Positions 38,702 through 49,926 of a DNA stretch of 64,000 nucleotides are shown piece after piece. Origin of the DNA: Pirellulales bacterium (GTDB taxonomy: Bacteria; Planctomycetota; Planctomycetia; Pirellulales; Lacipirellulaceae); contig CAVQRC010000016.1 of the NCBI GenBank assembly GCA_963715045.1, forward strand, positions 1-64,000. Reading direction: 5' to 3'. A program made the position numbers and the translations under genes. Below the pieces are notes generated by a model that saw only the letters and a program-made list of their open reading frames with translations, did no database searches and had not been told where the DNA came from. How positions within the stretch are numbered: position 1 is the first letter of the stretch; every line of letters begins with the position of its first letter.

Positions 38702-40108
38702 CTATTCCGCGAGCAGTTTTTCGAACTCGGCATGAAGTTGCTCGGCACCAGCCGCGTTGCCGACGATGGCATTGCCGTTGGGGAGCAGGATCTGGGGAAT
38801 GCCCTGGTCCTTCATTCGGGTGTAGATCTCCACGCCGCGTTGGACAACTTTCGTTGTGTCGCTGCTGACCACGGCGCGACTGAAACTGCTCCGTCCCACA
38901 AGATCAATGGCCCACTGCCTGGCGTCGCTCGTAGTCGGTTCCTCATCACCGTCCATGAGCTTGTCGTGATACGCGGCGAATTTCGTGGGATCGATTCTGT
39001 AGACTGCCATGGCATACCTGGCCAGCGCGCAGGCGTAGAGGTGCGCGGTCGTGTTCGCCGGGACGGCCGCATTGCAGTCGTGGTTGAGCGGTACGGGGAG
39101 CACCGCGAACGCGACCCGATTGTCGAAGTCAGCCTGGATCTGCTTGATCGTCGAGGCCATCTTGCGGCAGCGAGGGCAAGTGTAGTCGAACAATTCGAGA
39201 ACGATGAGGGGGGCGTCGGGATCACCGAGGAGCGGAACCTCATCCACGCCGAAGGTGATTTTGCCCTCGAGCAGTTCCACCTGCCGGGACCTGGGCGTGC
39301 CCGGATCGTTCGCAGCCGCTGCAGGGTCGGCAGCCGCGGATTCGGTGATTCTTTCGGCACTCGTTTCCGCAGCGATCGCGGTGGCCAGTGTTGCGCCGGG
39401 CGCGGCGGACTCGTCGACAAGCGGGGTCGATTCGTCACGCGGGCGGGATGTCTCAGCGTCGTTGACATCGTCATCCACGAACTCGACTTTGCGGACTTCG
39501 TAGGTTTGCGGCGGCGCGGAGATCAACTGTCCCGTGATCAGCACGGCAACCGCGACAATCGTCATGGCGGCGACGCCTGCGAGGGACGGGGCCGTCGTGG
39601 CTTGCTCCCGGCGAGGCACGATCCCGACCGCCATCCCTGGAATCGATGCGGTACGCGGAGCCTGTTTCGAGCGCGACGCGTGGCGACCAGCGGCGAGGCC
39701 CAGGACCGTCGCCAGCCATGCGGTCACGCCGCAACCGTGGACCACCAGGCAGTATTTGCAGTAGGCTTCGACGGAGAAAACTTGCAGCCCGACGAACCAG
39801 ATCGCCGCCAAGGCGGCGGTCGTCGTACCGGCCAGCAGGATCGTGTGGGCCCATCGCATCGCCGTCGAATCAACGAAGGTCGCAACCGCGGTCAGGCACA
39901 GCGTGCCGTAGAGCAGAGCCGCCGGCAGCGAGACCGGCACGTTGAACCACCGCGACCAACGTGACAGCAACACGTCACTGCAGCCCGACCCATCCCCGCA
40001 AGTGGCCAGTGCCGAAGCTGCGTCGAAAGCCAGCCAGCCCGAAATCGACGCGGCAACCAGGGTCAGCAGGACGATCAACAGACGGATGGGAATCGGAATA
40101 GACATCAA
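38702..40108 (-). CDS. vitamin K epoxide reductase (VKOR) - DsbA-like thioredoxin fusion protein
   Basis: VKOR CxxC (AYCKYCLVVHG) within TM helices. C-terminal thioredoxin-fold CPRC. Confidence 0.7.
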   Translation of the reverse strand: MMSIPIPIRLLIVLLTLVAASISGWLAFDAASALATCGDGSGCSDVLLSRWSRWFNVPVSLPAALLYGTLCLTAVATFVDSTAMRWAHTILLAGTTTAALAAIWFVGLQVFSVEAYCKYCLVVHGCGVTAWLATVLGLAAGRHASRSKQAPRTASIPGMAVGIVPRREQATTAPSLAGVAAMTIVAVAVLITGQLISAPPQTYEVRKVEFVDDDVNDAETSRPRDESTPLVDESAAPGATLATAIAAETSAERITESAAADPAAAANDPGTPRSRQVELLEGKITFGVDEVPLLGDPDAPLIVLELFDYTCPRCRKMASTIKQIQADFDNRVAFAVLPVPLNHDCNAAVPANTTAHLYACALARYAMAVYRIDPTKFAAYHDKLMDGDEEPTTSDARQWAIDLVGRSSFSRAVVSSDTTKVVQRGVEIYTRMKDQGIPQILLPNGNAIVGNAAGAEQLHAEFEKLLAE

Positions 40109-40480
40109 GGGATCCTCATATCACCGGCAACGCCGGCCGGGAGTCGACTTACCACGAGCAGGCTTTGTCTCACATCAGGCCGCGGAGGCGTGCCGCAGGC
40201 ACACCGCGTTCAAGCGTCCGCTCCCCGGATGCGAACGCCACAGCCAGCATCTCTGTGGGGGGAATGTCAGACAAAGATGCATTATTTCGCATCACCACGT
40301 CGGACGCGACCGCCGGGCCGCGATGGATTGGCCAGGTTGCCGCCGCTCCCCGCGAATTTGCGGGTTAGAGGGAACATAGGGATTTCCTGAGAGAGCCCAG
40401 AGTCGGGCGCCGCAGGCCACGCTGGCACGATCGTCCTGGCGACGATACCATCGGCGGCTCACACCCGCACTGGAAATGGA

Positions 40481-41575
40481 ATGAACGGCTCTCAATCCGT
40501 CCTCTTCATGCTGATCCTCTCGTTACCTGTCGCGGCGGCAGAGCGGCCGATCGTGATCGCCCACCGCGGAGCATCCGGCTATCGTCCGGAGCATACGATC
40601 GCCGCGTATCAATTGGCGATCGATCAGCACGCCGACTTCATCGAGCCCGATCTCGTACCCACACGCGATGGCGTTCTGATCGCCCGGCATGACAATCTGC
40701 TCGATCTCACCACAAATGTCGCGACGGTTGCGAAGTCCGATCCCGAGATTGCGGCCTTGAAGACCACGAAAGTCGTCAACGGAGAGGAACTGTCTGGCTG
40801 GTTCAGCGAAGACTTCACGCTGGCCCAGATCAGGCGTCTCAAAGCCCGCGAAAGACGTCGCGGCGACCCGCCCGTGCCGTTTCGACCAGCCAACACCAGA
40901 TACGACGATCGCTATCCGATTCCGACGTTCGGCGAAGTCGTCGATCTGGCGATCCGGCACCACGTCGGGATATACCCCGAGACCAAGCTGCCCGCCTATT
41001 TCGCCGTGACAACCGGATTGAACACGAGCCAGATCGTCCTCGATGTGCTGGCCGAGAAAGGCATTCGCACCAACAACGATCTACCGACCTACATTCAGTC
41101 GTTCGAAGCAGGCAATCTTCACTGGCTACGTGCGGAAATGAAGCGTCGCAACATGGAGTTTCGGCTCATCCAACTGCTCGGTCGCGGGGAGTCGTTCGAC
41201 CGGATGGCGACCCGGGAGGGTCTGGCGGGGATCGCGACCTACGCCGACGGCGTCGGCCCTGAGAAATACCGCTTCATCCTGCCAAGAGACGATCAGGACG
41301 AGGCACACCTCGAGAATGCGACGTCGTTCGTGGCTGATGCACACGCGGCCGGTCTCGTCGTCCACCCCTTCACGTTTCGGGCGGAAAACCGGGAGTTGCC
41401 GGCCAACTTTCGTCGAGGCGATCCCGCAGCGGCGTTCGACCTCGGCGACGCCGGGGGCGAAATCCGGCTGTTTCTGGCGACCGGCATCGACGGCTTGTTC
41501 ATCGATCAGCCCGATCTGGGTGTGGCAGCAGTTCGATCCCCAGTGGCGACGGCAGACGACGCGGCTACGGAATAA
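40481..41575 (+). CDS. glpQ: glycerophosphodiester phosphodiesterase (periplasmic)
   Basis: Signal peptide. IVIAHRGASGYRPEHT and EPDLVPTRDGVLIARHD. Confidence 0.8.
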   Translation: MNGSQSVLFMLILSLPVAAAERPIVIAHRGASGYRPEHTIAAYQLAIDQHADFIEPDLVPTRDGVLIARHDNLLDLTTNVATVAKSDPEIAALKTTKVVNGEELSGWFSEDFTLAQIRRLKARERRRGDPPVPFRPANTRYDDRYPIPTFGEVVDLAIRHHVGIYPETKLPAYFAVTTGLNTSQIVLDVLAEKGIRTNNDLPTYIQSFEAGNLHWLRAEMKRRNMEFRLIQLLGRGESFDRMATREGLAGIATYADGVGPEKYRFILPRDDQDEAHLENATSFVADAHAAGLVVHPFTFRAENRELPANFRRGDPAAAFDLGDAGGEIRLFLATGIDGLFIDQPDLGVAAVRSPVATADDAATE

Positions 41576-42653
41576 TCGCCGAGAATCCGACAACCGCTCC
41601 GGCCTCGAACACGGCCGCCCGCCAGGTGAACGGCACCGCCGGAATCAGGTACGGCGCGCAGTTTCCGGGCCGGTAATAGCCGAGCGAATAGACGCATTCG
41701 TTGGGGGTTTTGAGCCCCATCTTGTAGGGCAGGATCGGGAGAGTCACGAAGAAGTGGGCTCCCGAAATGAGCGGCTGGGCATAGGGTCCCCAGGAATGTC
41801 CGTAGCGTTCCAGTTGGACATCTTCGAAGTAGAGCGGCTTGTGGCACAGGGCCGAGGCCTTCCACATGAAAGTGACTTCGGGCCAATCGCGGGGCGTATA
41901 CGGCTCTTGGCCGACGTAGCAATCTTCCGGCACTTCGCCGTCGACCGACACGTCGAGGTCAACGTCGTAGATCGAGCTTTCGCGCAACCTTTTCAGGGCA
42001 TCTTCACACGACTTGGGAATCGGTTCGGGCCGTGTCCGGGAGTCCTGCGCGACGGATTCAGAATCGACCCGACCGGGTTGATTGGCGACCAGCGTCGGGG
42101 CCCGCCGCGTCCATTCGCGAGTGGTTGGTTGCGGCTGGCGAGCCAGATCGGCTTCCTCGATCGCCGCCGGCGGAAGCGTCAATTCGGCCGGCTCAGGCGG
42201 CTGGTCTTCCGAGAACGGATCGACCGCACGGTCTTGATGCGACGGGACGTGATCTCGATCTTGTCCGAATGGATCGCGGGGGGTTGCCCGCGGCCGCGTC
42301 GGGCGGGAGTCGATCGGCATCGCCGGCGCGGTGTCGGTGGCATCGTTGCGATCCACGATCACGCTGCGGAGCGGCCGCTCGTCGGAAACCGGCTGTTCGC
42401 GACGACTCAACCGTGGTCCGGTCTGGATCGGCCGCGGCTGAATCAATCTTGGCTGGGCTTCGGCCTGGTGGGCGGCGGCGCGGACGCCTCGTTCCGGCCG
42501 CAGCGTGTTCGTCCGCGGACTCACAGGGCGGGCCGACCTGGCAGTCCATTCCTGAGCCGAGACTTGCGGCTCGCGCGGGTTGGAAGGAGATCGCCAGTTC
42601 AAGCGACCGGCCACCGCCGGGGTCGCAAGCTGGACCGTGAGCAGCCCGCACAT
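41565..42653 (-). CDS. hypothetical protein, Pro/Arg-rich N-terminal region with conserved Cys-containing C-terminal domain
   Basis: ORF track extends to 43001 but overlaps guaB. Start chosen at MCGLLTVQLATPAVAG downstream of the guaB stop. Confidence 0.4.
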   Translation of the reverse strand: MCGLLTVQLATPAVAGRLNWRSPSNPREPQVSAQEWTARSARPVSPRTNTLRPERGVRAAAHQAEAQPRLIQPRPIQTGPRLSRREQPVSDERPLRSVIVDRNDATDTAPAMPIDSRPTRPRATPRDPFGQDRDHVPSHQDRAVDPFSEDQPPEPAELTLPPAAIEEADLARQPQPTTREWTRRAPTLVANQPGRVDSESVAQDSRTRPEPIPKSCEDALKRLRESSIYDVDLDVSVDGEVPEDCYVGQEPYTPRDWPEVTFMWKASALCHKPLYFEDVQLERYGHSWGPYAQPLISGAHFFVTLPILPYKMGLKTPNECVYSLGYYRPGNCAPYLIPAVPFTWRAAVFEAGAVVGFSAIIP

Positions 42654-42696
42654 CACGATTCGCACCCCCGTCCAATGGGGTCGCAGATCGCGAATG

Positions 42697-44181
42697 CTAC
42701 GAGCTGTCGCCGGAGAGATGCTCCGCCGAGTAATTGGGCGCTTCATGCGTAATGAAGATGTCATGGGGATGGCTTTCTCGCACGCTGGCTGGAGAAACCT
42801 GGATGAACTTCGCGTGACAGCGAAGATCGTCGATTGTTTTCGCACCGCAGTAGCCCATGCCGGCCCGCAGGCCGCCCACGAGCTGGTAGAGAAAAGGACC
42901 CAACGCTCCCTTGTAGGGAACACGGCCCTCGACTCCCTCCGGCACCAGTTTTCCCGTCCCGCTATCCGCTCCCGATTGCCGATAACGTTCGCTCGAACCA
43001 TGAACCATGGCCCCCAGCGAACCCATTCCTCGATAAGTCTTGTACGTTCGGCCCTGGTAAAGCACCTGCTCGCCCGGGCTCTCTTCGAGTCCGGCCAGCA
43101 ATCCGCCGAGCATCACCGCGTGGGCACCCGCGGCAATCGCCTTGGTGATGTCGCCCGAATAGCGGACTCCTCCATCGGCGATAATCGTCTTCCCGCGAAC
43201 CAACGCCGCTTTCGCGGCCGCCTGGATCGCCGTGATCTGAGGCACGCCGATGCCGCTGATCACCCGCGTGGTGCATATCGATCCCGGCCCGATCCCGACT
43301 TTGATCGCGTCGGCTCCGGCCTCGATCAGGGCTTCACTTCCCTCCGTGGTCGCAATGTTTCCGGCCACCACGTCGATGTCCCACCGGCTCTTGATCTCTC
43401 GGACCGTGCCGATGACGTTCGACGAATGACCATGGGCCGAATCGACAACCAGGAAATCGACGTCCTTCGCGATCAGGCTCTCGGCCCGCTGATAGTCGTG
43501 AACTCCGACTGCCGCTCCGACCCGCAACCTGCCTTGCCTATCTTTGCAGGCTTGCGGATACCGCTTCATCATGTCGATGTCTTTAATCGTGATCAGTCCC
43601 GTCAGTTTGTAATCTTCGTCAACCAGCAGAAGTTTCTCGACCTTTTTTGCCATTAGAATCTTCTCAGCTTCCGCAAGCGTTACGGTCCCCGTTGCCGTAA
43701 TCAGGTTATCCTTCGTCATCACGTCGCGAATCGCCAGTTCGTCCCGCTCGAGAAATCGCATGTCGCGGCGGGTGAGGATCCCTGCTAGCTTGCCGGCCGA
43801 ATCGACGATCGGCACGCCCGAGACGCGGTGCTGCTGCATCATGTCGCGGGCGGACTGGACCGACGCATCGGGGCCAAGGGTCACCGGATCGAAAATGATT
43901 CCGTTGGCGCTCCGTTTGACCTTGTCGACCTCCTTGGTCTGGCGATCGACGGGCATGTTCTTGTGAATCACGCCCAGCCCGCCGACCAGCGCCAACGCGA
44001 TGGCCATCCGATGTTCGGTGACCGTATCCATTGGCGAACTGAGAATGGGCAGATTCAGTTCGATCCGCTCGGTCAGCCGAGTCTTGACGTTGACCTCGCT
44101 GGGGACGACTTCACTGAACTGAGGCTCGATCAGCACGTCGTCGAAAGTGAGTCCAACACGAACTTGAGAGTCGTCGCTCAT
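42697..44181 (-). CDS. guaB: IMP dehydrogenase
   Basis: Tandem CBS insertion. Catalytic region [11 protein letters not shown]. Confidence 0.95.
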   Translation of the reverse strand: MSDDSQVRVGLTFDDVLIEPQFSEVVPSEVNVKTRLTERIELNLPILSSPMDTVTEHRMAIALALVGGLGVIHKNMPVDRQTKEVDKVKRSANGIIFDPVTLGPDASVQSARDMMQQHRVSGVPIVDSAGKLAGILTRRDMRFLERDELAIRDVMTKDNLITATGTVTLAEAEKILMAKKVEKLLLVDEDYKLTGLITIKDIDMMKRYPQACKDRQGRLRVGAAVGVHDYQRAESLIAKDVDFLVVDSAHGHSSNVIGTVREIKSRWDIDVVAGNIATTEGSEALIEAGADAIKVGIGPGSICTTRVISGIGVPQITAIQAAAKAALVRGKTIIADGGVRYSGDITKAIAAGAHAVMLGGLLAGLEESPGEQVLYQGRTYKTYRGMGSLGAMVHGSSERYRQSGADSGTGKLVPEGVEGRVPYKGALGPFLYQLVGGLRAGMGYCGAKTIDDLRCHAKFIQVSPASVRESHPHDIFITHEAPNYSAEHLSGDSS

Positions 44182-44269
44182 CGCACGCTCGGGGCGAAAG
44201 GAGGCTGGGCAGTGGGCGACGCATTATCAGGGATGGGCGTCGGATCCCACAACCGCCACGCGGTCGCGA

Positions 44270-45127
44270 CTACACCCCGACCGGTTCACTCACCGTTTCG
44301 ACGCGGATGGGTTGGATGTCGAACTTGGGACACTGGCCGAGGAATCGGCAGGGATTGTTGTGAAAGATTTCGATCGCGTCCTGAAGAGAATTGCCCCGCC
44401 GGCGGAAATCGAGAATGCACTCCTGCAGCGTGAACGGATCGCTCGGCCCCCAGTCGGCCGATGAATTGACGAGCAGCCGTTCGCGGCCGTAGATCTCGAT
44501 CATGTCGACGGCACGTTTGGGAGAGCACTTGGTAATCGGATAGAGCGTGAATCCGACCCAGTAGCCGGCGTCGAGCGGACCGCGAATCGTGTGCTCTTCC
44601 ACGTGGTCAATCCAGACCCGGCTCGGATCGGCCCCCAGATGTTTGAGCACTTCGAGTGTGCGGCGCGTGCCGCGAACCTTATCCTGCAGGTGTGGCGTGT
44701 GGATCAGGATCAACTGATCGTGCTGCATCGCGAGCTCGACCTGGGCCTCGAAAATCTCTTCTTCGTTGGGGGTCGTTTTGTGAAACCCGATCTCGCCGAC
44801 GCCGAGGACGGTCGGCTTGGCGAAGAATTCGGGCATGTGCTTGAGCACCTCCCGACTGAGTTCGGGGTTCTCGGCTTCCTTGGGATTGACGGCGACCCAG
44901 CAGAAATGGCGAATCCCGTACTGGGCGGCCCGGGTCGGTTCGAACTCACTGATCTGATAAAAGTAATCGAGGAAGGTCTCGGGGTAAGCCCGATCAAATC
45001 CGGCCCAGAAAGCGGGTTCGGCGACCGCCACCACGCCGGCCATCGCCATCCGTTCATAGTCCTGGGCGGTCCGGGCAATCGCGTGGTAGTGCGGTTGGAT
45101 GGTCTGCATCGTGTTTCTGCTCCTCAC
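44270..45127 (-). CDS. TatD-family TIM-barrel metal-dependent hydrolase
   Basis: VLGVGEIGFHKT, LILIHTPH, LLVNSSADWG correspond to TatD metal-binding segments. Confidence 0.55.
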   Translation of the reverse strand: MRSRNTMQTIQPHYHAIARTAQDYERMAMAGVVAVAEPAFWAGFDRAYPETFLDYFYQISEFEPTRAAQYGIRHFCWVAVNPKEAENPELSREVLKHMPEFFAKPTVLGVGEIGFHKTTPNEEEIFEAQVELAMQHDQLILIHTPHLQDKVRGTRRTLEVLKHLGADPSRVWIDHVEEHTIRGPLDAGYWVGFTLYPITKCSPKRAVDMIEIYGRERLLVNSSADWGPSDPFTLQECILDFRRRGNSLQDAIEIFHNNPCRFLGQCPKFDIQPIRVETVSEPVGV

Positions 45128-45215
45128 AACGACAGCCGGGCGACCGGCGATCCGCGGCAGGCGAATCTCTCTCCGGTCAAGCGTGTCTCAGGAAAGGTGA
45201 CTCAGGATAGAGGGT

Positions 45216-45458
45216 TTACTCATCTGGATCGGAAAACAGATTGAGAAGTTGTTCACTGCGATCAGCCGTCTTGTGATCGGCTGCGAGCAGGCGAATGGCC
45301 GCATGGAGCTGCTCGATTCGCGGTTCGGGCTGTCCGGCCCCATTTCCGTTGCCGCACGCCGCCGCGCGATCGTAGCGGTCGAGTGTCGCCGCCAGTTCGA
45401 TCAGCATGCAGCGGGCGTCGAGAAAATACTGGTCCAGAACAGCTTGTGCCGTGAGCAT
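45216..45458 (-). CDS. hypothetical small protein (80 aa)
   Basis: ORF only. Divergent from alaS. Confidence 0.3.
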   Translation of the reverse strand: MLTAQAVLDQYFLDARCMLIELAATLDRYDRAAACGNGNGAGQPEPRIEQLHAAIRLLAADHKTADRSEQLLNLFSDPDE

Positions 45459-45697
45459 CGAAACCTCCCAAAGTCCTACGTTCTGTCCCGGATGATTCGG
45501 ACAGCATGCTCAAGTATCGCGCGAATCGGGCGGGCCTTCAACGCCCCACCGTGGCGGTAACGGCGGCCCGGGGAACGGTCGTCGCTAGAGACAGTTTTCA
45601 CCCCGCCCGCTATTATGCCCGTTTGACCTCAGCCCTGGTCACCAAGCCCAACCGCCTGGGACCCCCAACGATACTCTGCGATGCGGCCTCCCGATCG

Positions 45698-48505
45698 ATG
45701 AAGACCAACGAACTCCGCGAGTTGTATCTCGAATTCTTCGAATCCAAGGGGCACACCCGGTGTGCCAGCGATGTCCTCGTTCCCACCTGGGATCCCTCGG
45801 TGCTGTTCACGCCGGCCGGCATGAACCACTTCAAGGACCACTTTCTGGGAAAAGTCAAACTCGAGTTCACACGGGCGACTTCCTGCCAGAAATGTCTCCG
45901 CACGGGCGATATCGAGAACGTCGGGCGGACAGCCTACCATCACACATTCTTCGAAATGCTCGGCAATTTCAGCTTCGGCGACTACTTCAAGCGGGAGGCC
46001 ATCCTCTGGTCCTGGGAGTTTCTCACCTCCAGGAAGTGGCTCGGCATGTCACCCGAACGGTTGAGCGTGACCGTTTACAAAGAAGACGACGAGGCGGCCG
46101 AAATCTGGGCGAGCGACGTGAAACTGCCCGCCAACCGCATCGTGCGGATGGACGAAGACGAGAACTTCTGGCCTGCCAGCGCGCCCAGTGCCGGACCCGA
46201 TGGAGTTTGCGGTCCGTGCAGCGAAATCTACTTTCATCCCGAACACGGATCGGAAGTCGAAATCTGGAATCTCGTCTTTACCCAGTTCAATCGGGTCGGG
46301 AGTCCACCCGACAATCTCCGACCGCTGCCGAGCAAGAACATCGACACCGGGATGGGGCTCGAACGAACGGCTGCCACGTTGCAGGGCGTCGACTCGAATT
46401 TTCACATCGACACGCTGCTGCCGATCGTCGAGGCGGCGGCGGAAGTCTGCGGCGTGAAGTACGACCCGCGAAGCGAAACAGGCCGGCGATTACGGCGGAT
46501 CACCGATCACGTCAGAGCCTGCACGTTTGCCGTCCACGAGAACGTCTACCCCGGTCCAAACAAGGAGAAGTACGTCGTCAAGCGATTGCTTCGCCGAGCC
46601 GTCCTCGACGGCCACCAGCTGGGAATGCGAGAGCCGTTTCTGCATCGCATCGTGCCGATGGTCGTGGAGATGATGAACCAGCCTTACCCCGAGTTGTCTG
46701 AAACGAGCCAGCGGGTTCAGGCGGTCATCGAGAATGAGGAAACGCGGTTCTTCGACACGATCGACGACGGTCTGGCCCGCATCGAGGCCGTCTTCAAGCA
46801 GCTCTCCGCGGCGGGCAAGGTAACCGTACCGGGCGAAGAAGCGGCGGAGCTGTACCAGACCTACGGCGTCCCGCCCGAGCTGTTCGAGTCGATGGCCGAG
46901 GAACGGCAGCTCGCCTTCGACTGGAGCGGCTTTCACTCCGCGATGAAACAGCACGGACTGGTTTCCGAAACGGGTGAAGAGATCGTGATGGGCGATCGAG
47001 GCCCGATCGACGCGCTCAAGCGGGCGGTCAAATCCACTGAGTTTTTGGGCTACGAATCCGTGACCGCACCGGCGACCGTCCGCGGGATCGTGGCCGGCGA
47101 ACAGCTCTACGACGTGTATGACCAGCGTGGCAGTGAGCATCCCCTGATTCTGGTGCTCGACCGGTCGCCTTTTTACGGCGAATCGGGCGGCCAGGTCGGC
47201 GACACCGGCTGGGTGACGGGCGACGACGTGAAGGTTCGCATCACCGACACGCAACGCGACGCGGGCATCTTGCTGCACGTGGGATACATTGAGTCGGGAA
47301 CGCTGCGGACGGGCGAACAGGTAACCGCCCGCGTCGACGCGGAGCGGCGGGAAGGGATTCGACGCGCGCACTCCGCCACGCACATCCTGCATCACGCGCT
47401 GCAGCAGCAGCTCGGCTCGCATGCCCAGCAGCAGGGGTCGAAGGTCGACGAAGACTGGCTGCGGTTCGACTTCACGAATCTCAATCCGGTCGACCCCGAA
47501 CAGGTCACTGAGATCACGTCGCTGGTTGCCGAGTGGGTGGCTGCCGACGCGCCCATCCAGTGCCAGGTGCTGCCTTTGGCCGAGGCCCGCAGCCAGGGCG
47601 CGATGATGCTATTCGGGGAGAAGTACCCCGATCCCGTGCGGATGGTGTCGATGGGAGACTTCTCCAAAGAACTTTGCGGCGGAACCCATCTGAGTCGCAC
47701 GAAGGACGTCGGCTCGTTCGAGATTCTTGTCGAGGAAGGCGTCGCCGCCGGCACACGGCGGATCGTGGCGCTCACCGGAAACAAGGCCGCCGAGCACCTC
47801 CAACAGATCGAGGACGCGCTGGCGACCGCCGCCGATCTGCTCGCCACCCTGCCCGTGGGTGTCGTCGCGGCGACCAGAAGGCTGATCGCCGAACAGCGAT
47901 CCCTCAAAAAGCAGCTTGCCGGAGGCGGGCCGGGCGACGTCCCCAGCCTGGCCGATGCAGATACCTTGCCCGTCGGGGGAGGTACCGTCGAGAGTCGCAG
48001 GGCAGCACTCGCCGAGGTCGCCCGACTCCTCTCGGTGGGCCCCCTGGATGTCCCCGATCGCATCCGGGCAATTCAACGAGACCACGAATCCCTGCGTCTA
48101 CGTCTCGCCCAGCGCGCCGCGGCCGGACCGCTCACGGCCGACGATCTCCTCGCCCAGGCGGAGGACATCGACGGCGTGTCGGTCATCGTCAGCGAGGCCG
48201 CCGCCGCCGAGTCGAATCTCATGCGACACCTGATCGACCAGATCCGCAACAAGCGATCGCCGGCGGCCATTCTCCTGGCCAGTACCACCGACGACCAGAA
48301 AGTGGTTCTCGTCGCCGGCATCACCGCCGACTTGAAAGACCGCGGCATATCAGCCGGTGAGTGGATCCGCCCCGTCGCTGCCGAGGTGGGAGGTGGTGGC
48401 GGAGGCCGAGCCGATATGGCCCAGGCCGGAGGAAAGAATCCGGCCAAAGTTCCGGCGGCTCTCGAAATCGCCCGCCAGAAAATCCGCGATCTGCTTCACG
48501 CCTGA
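45698..48505 (+). CDS. alaS: alanyl-tRNA synthetase
   Basis: MKTNELRELYLEFFESKGH...FTPAGMNHFK. HxxxH editing motif HSATHILHHAL. C-terminal DHHA1. ORF track start at 45506 is probably too early. Confidence 0.95.
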   Translation: MKTNELRELYLEFFESKGHTRCASDVLVPTWDPSVLFTPAGMNHFKDHFLGKVKLEFTRATSCQKCLRTGDIENVGRTAYHHTFFEMLGNFSFGDYFKREAILWSWEFLTSRKWLGMSPERLSVTVYKEDDEAAEIWASDVKLPANRIVRMDEDENFWPASAPSAGPDGVCGPCSEIYFHPEHGSEVEIWNLVFTQFNRVGSPPDNLRPLPSKNIDTGMGLERTAATLQGVDSNFHIDTLLPIVEAAAEVCGVKYDPRSETGRRLRRITDHVRACTFAVHENVYPGPNKEKYVVKRLLRRAVLDGHQLGMREPFLHRIVPMVVEMMNQPYPELSETSQRVQAVIENEETRFFDTIDDGLARIEAVFKQLSAAGKVTVPGEEAAELYQTYGVPPELFESMAEERQLAFDWSGFHSAMKQHGLVSETGEEIVMGDRGPIDALKRAVKSTEFLGYESVTAPATVRGIVAGEQLYDVYDQRGSEHPLILVLDRSPFYGESGGQVGDTGWVTGDDVKVRITDTQRDAGILLHVGYIESGTLRTGEQVTARVDAERREGIRRAHSATHILHHALQQQLGSHAQQQGSKVDEDWLRFDFTNLNPVDPEQVTEITSLVAEWVAADAPIQCQVLPLAEARSQGAMMLFGEKYPDPVRMVSMGDFSKELCGGTHLSRTKDVGSFEILVEEGVAAGTRRIVALTGNKAAEHLQQIEDALATAADLLATLPVGVVAATRRLIAEQRSLKKQLAGGGPGDVPSLADADTLPVGGGTVESRRAALAEVARLLSVGPLDVPDRIRAIQRDHESLRLRLAQRAAAGPLTADDLLAQAEDIDGVSVIVSEAAAAESNLMRHLIDQIRNKRSPAAILLASTTDDQKVVLVAGITADLKDRGISAGEWIRPVAAEVGGGGGGRADMAQAGGKNPAKVPAALEIARQKIRDLLHA

Positions 48506-48691
48506 GCGCGGGACCGGCCAGTCGCGGCCCGCTGCTTCGATCGGCGACTCGGTGTGGAACGATTCGCGTCGCTCTCGGGATAAGGTAGAATTCCTCACAT
48601 CCCGGCATCATCCACGGCTGCTTGACGAACGGGCCGCCGCGAACGCAACCGCATACCCTGCTCCGCTCAACCAGAACCACAGGCCTTTCCT

Positions 48692-49414
48692 ATGGACTCC
48701 GCCGCAAATCCTTACGCTTCACCCAACTTCACGGTCGCGGCCATGGCGGCCGAAAGCGAACGGGCCGGTTTTATCGGCAAGACCTACCTGCATCTCGTTG
48801 CGGCGGTCGCCGCACTGGTGCTGCTGGAATTCTTCTTGCTGCAAACGTCACTCGCCGAGCCGCTCGTGGGATTGATGGTCGGTAGCCGGTACGGTTGGCT
48901 GATCGTGCTGGGGCTGTTCATGGGCGTCAACTGGCTGGCGAACAGTTGGGCCTTGTCTGCCACCTCGCTTTCCAAGCAGTACCTGGGACTCGGGTTGTAC
49001 GTGGCGGCCCAGGCGGTAGTTCTGCTGCCCATGATCTACTTCGCCACGACGGTTCCGGCTTACGCGGGCGTTGTTTCCTCTGCCGCCGTGGCGACCCTCG
49101 CCCTGTTCGCGGGATTGACGGCCGTCGTGTTCGTCACCCGCAAGGACTTCTCGTTTCTCCGGTCCGCGTTGCTGTTCGGTGGATTCGCAGCGATGGGATT
49201 GATCGCGTGCGCGATTCTGTTCAACTTCTCGCTGGGCCCCATCTTCACCTACGCGATGATTGCCCTCGCGTGTCTGTACATCCTGTATGACACGTCGAAT
49301 GTGCTGCATCACTATCGCATTGGCCAGCACGTGGCGGCTTCGCTGGCCCTGTTCTCGTCGGTCGTGCTGTTGTTCTGGTACATCCTGCGTCTGTTCATGT
49401 CTTCGCGAGATTAA
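48692..49414 (+). CDS. Bax inhibitor-1 / YccA family membrane protein
   Basis: Seven hydrophobic segments. Family-typical length (240 aa) and C-terminal basic tail. Confidence 0.7.
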   Translation: MDSAANPYASPNFTVAAMAAESERAGFIGKTYLHLVAAVAALVLLEFFLLQTSLAEPLVGLMVGSRYGWLIVLGLFMGVNWLANSWALSATSLSKQYLGLGLYVAAQAVVLLPMIYFATTVPAYAGVVSSAAVATLALFAGLTAVVFVTRKDFSFLRSALLFGGFAAMGLIACAILFNFSLGPIFTYAMIALACLYILYDTSNVLHHYRIGQHVAASLALFSSVVLLFWYILRLFMSSRD

Positions 49415-49437
49415 ACCTTCGGAGGCGGCAACAGGAA

Positions 49438-49500
49438 CCACGAAAGATGTGAGCACGAAGGATGTGACCACGAACGATGTGACCACGAAATACACGAAAA
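49438..49500. repeat. four tandem 15-bp units CACGAA[AGC]GATGTGA[GC] (the last degenerate)
   Basis: Read directly from the sequence. Confidence 0.85.
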
Positions 49501-49601
49501 TAGAACGTTGATCTGAAGGACGGGGTCCTGCAGATTTCGATCTGCGCCGCAGGCAATCGCGACCGTTTTTCTTTCGTGTTTTTCGTGTATTTCGTGGTCA
49601 C
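49479..49601. repeat. 22-bp perfect inverted repeat GTGACCACGAAATACACGAAAA / TTTTCGTGTATTTCGTGGTCAC with 79-nt spacer
   Basis: Read directly from the sequence. The right arm is followed by a degenerate mirror of the tandem units. Confidence 0.85.
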
Positions 49602-49926
49602 TCACTTCGCGGACGTTTTGACTGTGCGGAAGTGCGCATATTGAGCGAAAACGCACAGCTCTCCTGCGGCATCCCCACCCGGTTGTTGCGCGGTTTGACA
49701 TTTCATGAAGCCGCTTTCTTTCCTCAGCGTTCACTCGCACGCATGATGGAAAGCAGATCCGGACTGCCCTTGCTAGCACGCCAAGAATCTATTTGTTGCT
49801 TCTCGGCAGTCGCGTTAGAATTGGCGACCCAGGGGGGTAGCAACGTCGTCAGGACGACACCGCGGTCTGCATCCTGGTGGATGCGGCGAACGGCGCCGGC
49901 CGAGGCGGCGAAGGAGCATCAAAGCA

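Noticed and set aside
47533-48360. 275-aa Arg-rich plus-strand ORF and other overlapping ORFs inside alaS
   Set aside because: Out-of-frame shadow ORFs within a well-supported alaS.
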